A DNA stretch of 64,000 nucleotides from a virus. Positions 27,661 through 37,073 of the stretch are shown piece by piece. The notes beneath the pieces are model-generated. The model saw only the letters and a program-made list of their open reading frames with translations, made no database searches and was not told the origin of the DNA. The translations under genes and the position numbers were made by a program. The DNA lies in the IMG/VR virus record IMGVR_UViG_3300014039_000006; one strand, written 5' to 3'. Within the stretch, counting starts at the first letter, position 1. The number at the start of each line of letters is the position of its first letter.

Positions 27661-27683
27661 TCCACGCCCCGTGTGGGCGTGGA
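27661..27683 (+). promoter_or_regulatory. GC hairpin downstream of VR3
   Basis: TCCACGCCC-CGTGT-GGGCGTGGA. Confidence 0.65.
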
Positions 27684-27719
27684 AATGGAAGTGAAATTAA
27701 AATTTCGGAGGTAAAGTAG

Positions 27720-28307
27720 ATGGCACAATATAGAACAAAATCATGTGAAATTGAAGCAATTCAATGGACTGATAATACAAATGAAATAAAATCATTTTGT
27801 GGAAATAGTTGCACATATTCCGTAGAAGAACAGTGCATGGGAAGTTGGAAAGGCATTCCGATCGAGAGATTGATTATTCACACATTGGAAGGAGATATGG
27901 TTGCAAGCAGAAACGACTACATCATAAAAGGATTGAAAGGTGAATTTTATCCATGCAAGCCAGATGTATTTAACCAAAAGTATAAATTAATAAATGATAC
28001 TATGGAAATACAAGAAGAGCAGAGATGGATACCGGTAACTGAAAGGTTGCCAGAAGAACTTACACCAGTAAATATTACGTGGATAAATAGAAATCCTGAA
28101 CAATATTATGCGGATATAAAGGATGTTCCTTTTTCCACTACAGGAGTTTTTCATCGCGGAAAGTGGTATTGGTGGTCTACGGTAGTTGTTGATTATCTTT
28201 CAGAATATGGAAGATATGACATGGATTTGGTAGATAAAGATATTGAAATTATAGCATGGCAACCGTTGCCGGAGCCGTACAAAGGAGAAAATAACCACAA
28301 TATGTAG
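27720..28307 (+). CDS. DUF551-type phage protein
   Basis: WIPVTERLPEE motif. GGAGG SD. Confidence 0.6.
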   Translation: MAQYRTKSCEIEAIQWTDNTNEIKSFCGNSCTYSVEEQCMGSWKGIPIERLIIHTLEGDMVASRNDYIIKGLKGEFYPCKPDVFNQKYKLINDTMEIQEEQRWIPVTERLPEELTPVNITWINRNPEQYYADIKDVPFSTTGVFHRGKWYWWSTVVVDYLSEYGRYDMDLVDKDIEIIAWQPLPEPYKGENNHNM

Positions 28308-28333
28308 CAATCCCGGATTACAAGATATTGTAT
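28293..28333. repeat. 41-bp imperfect-palindrome repeat, copy 1
   Basis: AACCACAATATGTAGCAATCCCGGATTACAAGATATTGTAT matches 39326-39366 at 38 of 41 positions, in the same orientation. Confidence 0.8.
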
Positions 28334-28350
28334 GGAAAGTGAGGAAAATA

Positions 28351-29115
28351 ATGGCAAGGAGAGAATTGTTACACATAAGTAAATTAAATGATTTTGGGAA
28401 ATGGCTTGAAGAACAAGGATATATGATTTTACCAACGAGCAAAAATCCATATGAGGTTTTAAGAGCAAAAAAGGATAAGGATATAGTAATCATTTATTGC
28501 AAAGCAAGTAGTAAGGAACATTTGTCCATAATGGATAAGGATTATTCTTTGATTCGAAGATTTATCAACGAAAGTAAGAAGAATGTCAATGTCGACCGAA
28601 TTGAGAACATGACGGAGAATGAAGCGGTTAAGTATATGAAGATAGAAAGAGAGTGCATTAATCGAAATTGCGACAGGAATTGCGCAGAATGCGATATTGT
28701 ACAGGAAGTAGATGATCTGAACAGTGCTTATGATGTCGCGATTAAGGCGTTGAAAGACATTTCTTGGTATCAGGCATTGGGAAATAAAGAAGAATGCCAA
28801 AAAGCATTTATTCTTTACAGGGAAATGTATAAGCGAAAGTTTACGCTTGAAATCGTGGAAGAGTACATGAAGTTTGAAGACGAATGTCTAAGAAAGAACT
28901 TTACTTTTAAGAGTTTGATCGAAGCAAGAGAAAAGCAGACACCAAAGCAGCCATGTCTTGAAGGTGACGGATACGCAGATGGACATCTTGTATATAACAC
29001 GTGGATCTGTCCTTGCTGCGGCAAGTATTATGAGATTGACTATGAAAAATATGATTACTGCCCGAATTGCGGACAGGCTGTAGATTGGAGTATGGAAAAT
29101 GAAGATATTGATTGA
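28351..29115 (+). CDS. Hypothetical protein with C-terminal zinc ribbon
   Basis: CPCCGKYYEIDYEKYDYCPNCG. Confidence 0.5.
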   Translation: MARRELLHISKLNDFGKWLEEQGYMILPTSKNPYEVLRAKKDKDIVIIYCKASSKEHLSIMDKDYSLIRRFINESKKNVNVDRIENMTENEAVKYMKIERECINRNCDRNCAECDIVQEVDDLNSAYDVAIKALKDISWYQALGNKEECQKAFILYREMYKRKFTLEIVEEYMKFEDECLRKNFTFKSLIEAREKQTPKQPCLEGDGYADGHLVYNTWICPCCGKYYEIDYEKYDYCPNCGQAVDWSMENEDID

Positions 29116-29560
29116 TATTCCAAAAGAATTTGAGATTGATTACCGTACAGACAGATTCGCTGACTTTTTTGGTCGTGTTGAAGCTGACATGGATGTGATA
29201 TGCGGCAACTATGAGAGAGAAACAGCGGATATGATGGTAAATGCTTTTGCCGAAAGCAGACCATACGATTTGGACGTAGTTATGGAGCAGTTAGAATCGA
29301 GAACGGATATTGACAAAATAATAGGGAAAAAGAAAGAATACGGAAGGTGGATTCCAGTAGAAGAATACCTACCTCCGATACCAGAAAGCGAATACATACA
29401 CATTCTTCATTCAAGCGAAGTTGTTGCCGTATTATCTGATTGCGGAAACGTATTTATTGCTAAATACAACTTTGGTATTGAAAGGTGGATAGGGGCATCG
29501 GATCATAAAATTACTCATTGGACTCCATTACCGGAAACACCCGAGAAAGGAATAAAATGA
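29099..29560 (+). CDS. DUF551-type phage protein
   Basis: WIPVEEYLPP motif. Confidence 0.55.
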   Translation: MKILIDIPKEFEIDYRTDRFADFFGRVEADMDVICGNYERETADMMVNAFAESRPYDLDVVMEQLESRTDIDKIIGKKKEYGRWIPVEEYLPPIPESEYIHILHSSEVVAVLSDCGNVFIAKYNFGIERWIGASDHKITHWTPLPETPEKGIK

Positions 29561-29799
29561 ACATAAGCAAAAAACTAATTGATTTTATGTGGATTCCTGT
29601 TTCCAAAAGGCTGCCGAAAGAAGATTTGTATTGCAAGGGAGCAAGTAAACCTTGTTTGGTTGCAGCGAGAAAATACGGAGTTTTTGATGCATATTATGAT
29701 TTTGAAAACCATGAATGGGCTTTTCTTGAAGAAGAATGCTATGCTTCTACAAACGAAGTTACCCACTGGATGCCAATTTCGGAAGCACCGTGGAAATAA
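29557..29799 (+). CDS. DUF551-type phage protein
   Basis: WIPVSKRLPKEDLY motif. ATG overlaps the upstream stop. Confidence 0.55.
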   Translation: MNISKKLIDFMWIPVSKRLPKEDLYCKGASKPCLVAARKYGVFDAYYDFENHEWAFLEEECYASTNEVTHWMPISEAPWK

Positions 29800-29835
29800 A
29801 AATTATCTTCATAATAGATTAAATAACCTCATATA

Positions 29836-30057
29836 ATGAAAGGAAAACGGCTTATGAAGTTGTCCAAACTTACAAAGCCGGAACTTGACAAAATACTTCA
29901 AAATGCCAATTTTACGAAAGATGAAGAAGAAATATTTTTAATGTTGTCAAAAGGAAAATCTATAACAGAAATTGCTTGCGCTTTAAATTTGTGCAATCGT
30001 TCTGTAAACAGGAAAATTCTTCTTTTGAAATCTAAAATAAAAAGATTGGAGTTGTAA
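29836..30057 (+). CDS. Sigma-70 region 4 / LuxR-type HTH regulator (late regulator candidate)
   Basis: FTKDEEEIFLMLSKGKSITEIACALNLCNRSVNRKILLLKSKI. Alternative ATG at 29854. Confidence 0.6.
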   Translation: MKGKRLMKLSKLTKPELDKILQNANFTKDEEEIFLMLSKGKSITEIACALNLCNRSVNRKILLLKSKIKRLEL

Positions 30058-30150
30058 AATGGTTAAAGTTACTCTGAATGGCGAAGAAGTTAAAACAGAA
30101 GAATTAGAACTTTCACAAAAGATCATAGAATATATAGTTTCTTTGTTGGA

Positions 30151-30179
30151 TTGACAGAAAAATATTATAAGAGTAAAAT
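30151..30179 (+). promoter_or_regulatory. SigmaA-type promoter upstream of the serine integrase
   Basis: TTGACA, 17 nt, TAAAAT. A 9-bp-stem hairpin (30175-30208) follows. Confidence 0.55.
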
Positions 30180-30233
30180 GCCGTATATCGTGATGTATGC
30201 GGCATTTTTACTAAAGAAAGGAGTAGTGTTTTA

Positions 30234-31598
30234 ATGAATTGTGTCGCATATATGCGTGTTTCAACGGAGAAACAAGCAGAAGAAGGAAATGGATTGGATA
30301 GTCAAAAACGGGATATCGAAATATATTGTCGCAAAAATGAGTTGATTATATCCGATTGGTATATTGATGACGGATATACAGGAGCGAATACCGATAGACC
30401 GGCTTTGCAAAGGCTGATTACGGATTGTTCAAAACACAGGATAAAATGCATAGTTGCTTTTAAACTGGACAGGCTTTCACGTAGCATGGTTGATGGAATA
30501 TACTTGATAGAGAGAGTTTTCATGCCAAATCAAGTAGAATTTAAGTGCGTGCATGACAGTGTAAGCTATGATAGTCCTATGGAACAAGCATACACACAAA
30601 TGATGGCTGTATTTGCACAACTTGATAAAAACACGATGCTGTTGAGAATGCGCGGAGGAATGCTTGAAAGAGTAAAAAAAGGATATTGGATGGGCGGTGG
30701 AAATACACCTTATTGTTACCGATATGATACTGAATCCGGTACACTGATTCCGATACCTGAAAGAGCAGAACAGGCAAGGCAAGCGTTAGAAATGTTCATA
30801 AACGGATATTCTGATGAACAAATAATGAAAATGTTTGGATATAAAAGCGAATTTGTTGTCAGAAGAATACTTACCGGAGTTGTAAACATTGGGATGATAC
30901 CGTACAAAGGAGAGGTTTTTCAAGGACTTCACGAACCTATCTTTGATAAAAGCCGGTTTGAACTTGCACAGGAAATAAGAAAGTCCAGAAGAATAACAAG
31001 GACAAAATGCTTTGACCGAGAAACAAATTTGCTTACTGGATTATGTTATTGTGGCGTGTGCGGTTGCAAAATGAGATACCAGAAATGGACTCATGGAAAG
31101 CACAGGATTTATTGCTGTTCCAGAAACAAGGATTTAAACTATCTTCCGAACTGGTCTGAAAATTGCGATAATTCTCTTGTGTGGGCGATTGATATTGAGA
31201 AGCAAGTTGAAAAAGAGATACTGAAAATATCCGTTAATCTTTCAAAAAGCAAGCCAAAAGAGAAGAAAAGTAAACTTGAAATCATGGAATCACAGCTTGA
31301 TAAAGAGAAAGTAAAGTTAAAAAGGCTTTATTCTTTATACGCAGACGGAAACGACACCGTTCTTGACATGATTAAAGACCTAGAACTGAAAATTGATGGG
31401 ATGAAGATGAAAATAACAGAAGAAGCCAAAAGTCCGTTGAATACACAGAAGAAAGAGTTTGTTTATGAAAATATAAAAAACCTTGCCGATATGTGGGGTC
31501 ACATTGACAAGGCTAAGAAAAACTCTATATTAAAAAGCATAATATCTAAAATTGTAATTGTCAATGATGATATTGAAATACAATTAAAAAACTTTTAG
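30234..31598 (+). CDS. Large serine recombinase (integrase)
   Basis: N-terminal AYMRVSTEKQAEEGNGLDSQ catalytic domain, recombinase domain, zinc ribbon CYCGVCGCKMRY and a C-terminal coiled coil. 454 aa. Confidence 0.9.
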   Translation: MNCVAYMRVSTEKQAEEGNGLDSQKRDIEIYCRKNELIISDWYIDDGYTGANTDRPALQRLITDCSKHRIKCIVAFKLDRLSRSMVDGIYLIERVFMPNQVEFKCVHDSVSYDSPMEQAYTQMMAVFAQLDKNTMLLRMRGGMLERVKKGYWMGGGNTPYCYRYDTESGTLIPIPERAEQARQALEMFINGYSDEQIMKMFGYKSEFVVRRILTGVVNIGMIPYKGEVFQGLHEPIFDKSRFELAQEIRKSRRITRTKCFDRETNLLTGLCYCGVCGCKMRYQKWTHGKHRIYCCSRNKDLNYLPNWSENCDNSLVWAIDIEKQVEKEILKISVNLSKSKPKEKKSKLEIMESQLDKEKVKLKRLYSLYADGNDTVLDMIKDLELKIDGMKMKITEEAKSPLNTQKKEFVYENIKNLADMWGHIDKAKKNSILKSIISKIVIVNDDIEIQLKNF

Positions 31599-31918
31599 AA
31601 CGTAACGCCATAACGATAGCATTGCGTAGAGATATACTGTTAGCAGAAGCATAGTGCAAGTCCTACGGCGAATAGTCTCTGCTAATTTGATGCCGCATAT
31701 ATCACGGTTTTAAGCCATTTTTGAAAAATAAATGTCGCTAAAGTGTCGCTTTTATGTCACTTTTGGCGTCTTTTTTTATGCAAAAATTTAGACATAAGGA
31801 GACGAAAACATGTTATTTAATTTCAGTTCAGTAGACTCTCCGGAACAACCACTTTTTCTTACACAAGATGAAACGGATATTTTGGTAGAATCAGAAAAAC
31901 TTGATAGGAGGTCAGACC

Positions 31919-32419
31919 ATGCAACCGTATGTAAACCCGAACTACTTTAATGCTCAACCTCAATATGGAGTTGGCAATTATTATTCGTATCAACCGCAGA
32001 GAATTAATCCGGCAGAACAGAATTATGCTTCTTATTCTCCACAGATGCAGACCGGTCCCATTCAGCAAAATCAAGGCATTCACGGAAAATTTATCCAGAT
32101 GCCGGAAAACATTGTTGCTAATGATGTGCCTATGGACGGATCCGTTGCCATTTTCCCTATGCAAGATATGAGCAGCATCTTTGTTAAAAGTTGGGGAGCA
32201 GACGGCAAAATCGCTACGGTCGTTTTTAAGCCTGTTTTGAACGATAGCACTAACAATTTACTGTTCGATGCAGAAAAAGCGAAATTTGACCTATCAGACG
32301 AAGCCACAGCGGTATTTATGAAACGCTTTGATGAACTGGAACAGAAGATTGAGCAGTTAAAAACTTCGCAGACGCAAAAGAAAACTTCAACTTCGCAGAG
32401 AAAGGATGATTCAGAATGA
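31919..32419 (+). CDS. Hypothetical protein with Q/N/Y/P-rich N-terminus
   Basis: TAGGAGG SD. MQPYVNPNYFNAQPQYGVGNYYSYQPQRINPAEQNYASYSPQMQTGP is followed by a folded-looking domain. Confidence 0.55.
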   Translation: MQPYVNPNYFNAQPQYGVGNYYSYQPQRINPAEQNYASYSPQMQTGPIQQNQGIHGKFIQMPENIVANDVPMDGSVAIFPMQDMSSIFVKSWGADGKIATVVFKPVLNDSTNNLLFDAEKAKFDLSDEATAVFMKRFDELEQKIEQLKTSQTQKKTSTSQRKDDSE

Positions 32420-32655
32420 TGGGTATAAATCCAATGCAGCTTATGCAGATGTTTAAGGGAAATCCACAACAGGCTATGCAACAGCTTATGGGTAATAGTC
32501 AGATCATGTCCAACCCAACAGCTAAAAACGCTTTGAATATGGCTCAAAAAGGAGATTTCAAAGGAATAGAGCAGATAGCAAGAAATATGTGCAAAGAAAA
32601 CGGTGTAAATCCGGAAGAAATGTACAACAACGTAAAAAGTCGTTTTGGTATGTAG
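32416..32655 (+). CDS. Hypothetical M/Q-rich small protein
   Basis: ATGA-coupled. MMGINPMQLMQMFKGNPQQAMQQLMGNSQ. Confidence 0.5.
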   Translation: MMGINPMQLMQMFKGNPQQAMQQLMGNSQIMSNPTAKNALNMAQKGDFKGIEQIARNMCKENGVNPEEMYNNVKSRFGM

Positions 32656-32722
32656 CATATTAGAGGTGCGCGCAAATCTTAAGACCTCTTTATGAAATAA
32701 TTTTATTAAGGAGGACAATAAT

Positions 32723-33520
32723 ATGTTCGAATCAAACACACCCTTTACAATGCCCGTAATGCCTGCTACCGGTGGCTATGATAACGGTGGAGCATGGGGA
32801 GACGGCGGATGGTTATGGATCATCGTTGTGTTTGCCTTACTCTTTGGCTGGGGAAATAACGGCTGGGGAGGATTCGGCGGTGGCAACGGTGGCGGTTATG
32901 TCGCAACGGCAGCTACACAAGCAGACATTCAGCGTGGATTCGATAATTCCGCAGTAATCTCAAAACTTGACGGTATTACAAACGGATTATGTGATGGTTT
33001 CTATGCAGTAAATAATGGTATGCTTACCGGGTTTAATGGAATCAACACAAACATCTTGCAGACCGGATACGGAATCCAACAGGCAATCAACGCAGACACA
33101 ATAGCCAATATGCAGAACACAAACGCCTTACAGGCTCAACTTGCAAACTGTTGCTGTGAAACCCGTGAAGCTATTCAGGGAGTAAACTACAACATGGCAC
33201 AGAATACCTGTGCATTGCAGAACACCATGAACAGTAACACGAGAGACATTATTGACAGCCAGAACGCAGGAACCCGTGCGATCTTAGACTATTTGTGTCA
33301 GGAAAAGATCTCTTCCTTACAGGCAGAGAATAACGATCTCCGCAGAGCAGCTTCACAGGATCGTCAGAGCGCATTACTCACTACTGCAATGTCTGCACAG
33401 ACAAACCAGATTATTGATGCGATCCGTCCGACACCTGTTCCGGCATTCCCGGCATCTAACCTTTACGGATATTCCGCATACAACGGATATGGATGTAATA
33501 GCGGTTGCGGTTGCGCATAA
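32723..33520 (+). CDS. Hypothetical membrane-anchored G/N/Q-rich protein with Cys clusters
   Basis: AAGGAGG SD. Hydrophobic WLWIIVVFALLFGW, a GWGGFGGGNGGG tract, an NCCCE cluster, and C-terminal GCNSGCGCA. Confidence 0.55.
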   Translation: MFESNTPFTMPVMPATGGYDNGGAWGDGGWLWIIVVFALLFGWGNNGWGGFGGGNGGGYVATAATQADIQRGFDNSAVISKLDGITNGLCDGFYAVNNGMLTGFNGINTNILQTGYGIQQAINADTIANMQNTNALQAQLANCCCETREAIQGVNYNMAQNTCALQNTMNSNTRDIIDSQNAGTRAILDYLCQEKISSLQAENNDLRRAASQDRQSALLTTAMSAQTNQIIDAIRPTPVPAFPASNLYGYSAYNGYGCNSGCGCA

Positions 33521-33747
33521 TGGGTGACAACAACAACGGTTGGTCTTTTCTTGATATGCTTACCGTGTTTTCGGTCTTACTGCAAATGATGGGTTATCAA
33601 AGCGACCAGAAGCAAGCGTCCAATGACGATATTTTGAGAGAGTTGCAAAGACAGAACATGGATTATCTGGAAAAGATCACGGCACAACAAAAGAAAATCA
33701 TGGAAATTTTATCTGAAATAAAGTCAGATTTCGCCAATAATGGCTGA
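33520..33747 (+). CDS. Hypothetical small membrane protein
   Basis: ATG overlaps the upstream TAA. One hydrophobic helix. Confidence 0.45.
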   Translation: MGDNNNGWSFLDMLTVFSVLLQMMGYQSDQKQASNDDILRELQRQNMDYLEKITAQQKKIMEILSEIKSDFANNG

Positions 33748-33753
33748 TAACAA

Positions 33754-33784
33754 AGGGGTAGGCGAAAGTCTACCCCTTATTTTA
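33754..33784 (+). terminator. Intrinsic terminator
   Basis: AGGGGTAG-N8-CTACCCCT followed by TATTTT. Confidence 0.65.
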
Positions 33785-33804
33785 ATAACAGGAGGTAAAA
33801 ATTT

Positions 33805-34233
33805 ATGGCTTGCAGAAATGTATGTAAATTGTGCGACAATCTTATCATTTCCCAGTCGGTCACGTTTACAGACGGAAACCTTATCATCAATCTTCCAGCC
33901 GGAAGTTATGCAAACGGAAAGAAAGCCTGCATCGTTGTAGCGCAGGCAATTCCGGATGCAACAACGATTAATGCTCCGGTGTACATTACCATCGGAACAG
34001 GAACGGTGCTTTATCCACTTACAAAGCGTAATTGCCGACAGGTAACAGCTTGTGGATTAAGAACACGGACAAGATACAGTACTTGCGTAGAAACCACACC
34101 TACAGGCGGTTTATTCCGACTTCTCGGAGATCCTTGCTGTTCTCCAAATAACAATCTTACATCAATTAATGGAACAGCTCCGGTTGCGCCGACAAATGAT
34201 GTACAGACTCAAAGTGTGAAAGGAGTGAAGTAG
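33805..34233 (+). CDS. Hypothetical Cys-rich beta-type protein
   Basis: GGAGG SD. N-terminal CRNVCKLC and C-terminal CC. 142 aa. Confidence 0.55.
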   Translation: MACRNVCKLCDNLIISQSVTFTDGNLIINLPAGSYANGKKACIVVAQAIPDATTINAPVYITIGTGTVLYPLTKRNCRQVTACGLRTRTRYSTCVETTPTGGLFRLLGDPCCSPNNNLTSINGTAPVAPTNDVQTQSVKGVK

Positions 34234-34234
34234 T

Positions 34235-34921
34235 ATGCATATCAAAAGAATCCATGAAATGTTAGAGTGTCTTACCGAAGTAGCAAAGACACAGCTTGAT
34301 AAAGGAGCCAGTTGCGTAAACACGGACGAAATGGGTAAGGTGGTAGACATGATTAAGGATCTTACCGAAGCGGAGTATCATGCCCTTATCGCAAAGTCCA
34401 TGGAAGAATACGAAGAAGAGGAAAAGGAAGCCGAGAAATTCCGTCTGCATCTTTTTGAGGAAAGGTTTGGAGAAGATGAAGGAAGAAGATTTTACGACCA
34501 TTACAGATACGCTAATGGAAGATTCGCACCTAAAGGATCCGGAACATATAGACGTAATTATACTCCTTATCTTGGCAGTTCTTCTTTCATGCCTGAATGG
34601 GACGAAAACGAACCCATGTCCCAAAGAAGAATGAGGGACATGGACAGGCACGACGGAAGAATGTATTATACCGAACCGTCTTATCAGAGTAATAGCCGTG
34701 AATACAGTGAAAGCCGATATGACAAGGCAAGACGTATGTACACGGAAAGCAAGGAAATGCATAAGGCGAATACACAGACCGATAAAGACCAGAAGATGAA
34801 AGACCTTGAAAACTATTTCAAGGAGATTTCCGAGGACTTAACCGATGTGATTTCTGACGCTACGGCAGAGGAAAAAGCCATGTTGAGAACAAAATTAACC
34901 GGACTTGCCGGAAGAATTTAG
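34235..34921 (+). CDS. Hypothetical charged/low-complexity protein
   Basis: AAAGGAG SD. R/Y/E/D/M-rich central region. Confidence 0.55.
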   Translation: MHIKRIHEMLECLTEVAKTQLDKGASCVNTDEMGKVVDMIKDLTEAEYHALIAKSMEEYEEEEKEAEKFRLHLFEERFGEDEGRRFYDHYRYANGRFAPKGSGTYRRNYTPYLGSSSFMPEWDENEPMSQRRMRDMDRHDGRMYYTEPSYQSNSREYSESRYDKARRMYTESKEMHKANTQTDKDQKMKDLENYFKEISEDLTDVISDATAEEKAMLRTKLTGLAGRI

Positions 34922-35055
34922 ATGATAGGGGCAGAAATGCCCCTATTCCTGTACATTGACAACTAAATAGTGGCTAGTGATTAAGGCGTCTAAAGTTGAT
35001 TAATTTTATCGAATATGGTAGAATTTTCCCATCATAAAAGAGAGGGGATATACAT

Positions 35056-36405
35056 ATGAAGATTTGTCCTAAATGCAGTTCATTTGCAAATGATGATTCA
35101 AATTTCTGTCCAAGATGTGGATCTAACCTTGATACCAATATTCCGGTTTCTAATCATTCACAATTAAGAACGGAGAAAAACAAGAATAAAGTGTCTGCAT
35201 CTGCAATAGTAGCTACTGTTATAGGAACTATTGCTTTGTGCCTGTACTTTAGTTATTTTTCATTATTTGTTGGAACGGTAGGTATAATTGTTGGAATTAT
35301 TGCGATTGCGCTATCAAGATCGGATAGGAGCAGATTTATTTCAATAATCGGAATTTCATTTTCAGTATTGGCTTTTATTACATTCTTTGCCTTTCAAAGA
35401 GAACAGGCTAATAATGAAAAACCAAATGAACAAAAAGAAGAAATTGCCGTTGAAACACCTAGTCCGACCGTTGAACCGACAGAAGCACCTATAAACTATA
35501 AAGAAGTTTTTCTCTATGATTTGATTTTGAATAGTACATCGTATGTAAATCAATATGTGGAAACTTCATTTTCCATACATTATTGTTATCCAAAAGAAAA
35601 TGATGGATTAACGGAAATTGCGAGTGAATATACGGATTATGACTTAACCGGAGAAATGGATAATATTTTTATTTATCTTGACGGGTTAGTGGAGTATGAA
35701 ATGGATCAGTATATTACTGTCCGAGGAAGGTTTGTATACAAAGATTCTAGATACTGTATTATTGATGCCGAGGTTACCGACATTGGTTCGCAATCCGAGA
35801 AGAGTTTTCAAGACGGTCTCATCATTTACACGCATTACCGGAACGAGGAATTACAGGCAAGCAAGGAAAGTTTTATTGCAAGTTGTGTGGAAGTGTCCTA
35901 TGATGATCTTTTGCGTTATCCGGAAACCTATCAAGATGTGCCGATTAAACTCACCATAGTTGCATCTGATGTAAAAGCAGACGGTTGGATTTTCAAGGGA
36001 GATATTCTTGCGGAGTATCAAGGCGGCGACTTGATTGTGTTTGACGATCGAGAAGTCCGTGAGCCGAGACTTGTTAACGGAGATAAGGTGACCGTTTATG
36101 CGACAGGTGACGGACTTGGAAAGATGAAGATAAAAGAGGATCGTTTCATATACGAAAAGACCGTAGATGATTACAACGTACCGCAGATAAGCATTAAGTA
36201 CACGGAGTGGGATAAAGCGTTTACGGAAATGGATAGCAGTTCAAAGGCAAGCGACGACGGCGACCTCTATGATGAAGGTAAGCGTGCCGGAGATGACCTT
36301 GCAGAAACACTAGGAGAAATTGATTGGGACGAAAACAAGGAAGATGCGAGAGAAGCCGGAGAAGAACTTGCGGAATACATAAACGAAATAATAGGTGCAG
36401 AATAA
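35056..36405 (+). CDS. Zinc-ribbon membrane protein
   Basis: CPKCSSF...CPRCGS, then three hydrophobic segments, a large extracytoplasmic-looking domain and an acidic tail. Confidence 0.6.
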   Translation: MKICPKCSSFANDDSNFCPRCGSNLDTNIPVSNHSQLRTEKNKNKVSASAIVATVIGTIALCLYFSYFSLFVGTVGIIVGIIAIALSRSDRSRFISIIGISFSVLAFITFFAFQREQANNEKPNEQKEEIAVETPSPTVEPTEAPINYKEVFLYDLILNSTSYVNQYVETSFSIHYCYPKENDGLTEIASEYTDYDLTGEMDNIFIYLDGLVEYEMDQYITVRGRFVYKDSRYCIIDAEVTDIGSQSEKSFQDGLIIYTHYRNEELQASKESFIASCVEVSYDDLLRYPETYQDVPIKLTIVASDVKADGWIFKGDILAEYQGGDLIVFDDREVREPRLVNGDKVTVYATGDGLGKMKIKEDRFIYEKTVDDYNVPQISIKYTEWDKAFTEMDSSSKASDDGDLYDEGKRAGDDLAETLGEIDWDENKEDAREAGEELAEYINEIIGAE

Positions 36406-36412
36406 GGGAATT

Positions 36413-36447
36413 GGGGCGGTTTAATCCGCTCCTTTTCTTTTTTTTAA
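36413..36447 (+). terminator. Intrinsic terminator
   Basis: GGGGCGG-N6-CCGCTCC followed by TTTTCTTTTTTTT. Confidence 0.75.
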
Positions 36448-36455
36448 ATTTGTGC

Positions 36456-36497
36456 TTGACTTTTTGTAGCGACAGTATTATATTTACTGTAGCGACA
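36456..36497 (+). promoter_or_regulatory. Promoter with two AGCGACA operator-like repeats
   Basis: TTGACT, 17 nt, TATATT. TGTAGCGACA occurs at 36465-36474 and 36488-36497. Confidence 0.5.
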
Positions 36498-36518
36498 AAA
36501 AAGAAATGAGGTGAGAAG

Positions 36519-36698
36519 GTGTCGCCAGAAAGAGGAAGACCAAAATTAGACAATAAAAAAGACACTATGCTTAGAGTTCGTATTGATGATGATGTAGTTA
36601 AGAAATTGGAAATCGCTTCAAATAACTTGAACATAACGAAGTCTGATGTTGTTAGAAATGGTATAGAAAGTGAATACCAAAGGTCATTAAAAAAATAA
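36519..36698 (+). CDS. Ribbon-helix-helix (CopG-like) regulator
   Basis: 59-aa ORF not in the track (GTG start): MSPERGRPKLDNKKDTMLRVRIDDDVVKKLEIASNNLNITKSDVVRNGIE. Confidence 0.55.
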   Translation: MSPERGRPKLDNKKDTMLRVRIDDDVVKKLEIASNNLNITKSDVVRNGIESEYQRSLKK

Positions 36699-36821
36699 AG
36701 TGTTGCTCCGCTACCAACGACAACAACACTTTAAGAACCGAGATTTCTCTCATGTGAAATATTCTATCACACGGGAAAATCTCTTTCAAGTAAATTTTAA
36801 TTTTTGAAAGGTGGTAGAATA

Positions 36822-37061
36822 ATGAATAAGTTTCTTGAAATTATTTACATGAACCAGATTATGGACAAGGACTGGGGCAAATGCGAAGAGAACTTCGCAA
36901 AGTTCACGAACAGGCTGAAAGAAATCGTAAGCGAAGAGATTTTCGAGGAGTTAGACGAACTTCTCACGGACTGCATCACCGAAAACAACGCCATGTATGC
37001 CGTAGACGGTATGAAGCTTGCAATCGGCGTTCTTGACGGAACGTTCATTCCGAAAGCGTAG
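36822..37061 (+). CDS. Hypothetical protein
   Basis: AAAGGTGG SD. Confidence 0.5.
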   Translation: MNKFLEIIYMNQIMDKDWGKCEENFAKFTNRLKEIVSEEIFEELDELLTDCITENNAMYAVDGMKLAIGVLDGTFIPKA

Positions 37062-37073
37062 GAGGTGACCACT

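Noticed and set aside
31810-31950. 46-aa ORF with a strong AAGGAG SD upstream of the cargo cluster
   Set aside because: It overlaps the better-supported ORF 31919 by 32 nt in another frame and has no motif. It may be a leader peptide, but the evidence is insufficient to list it as a gene.
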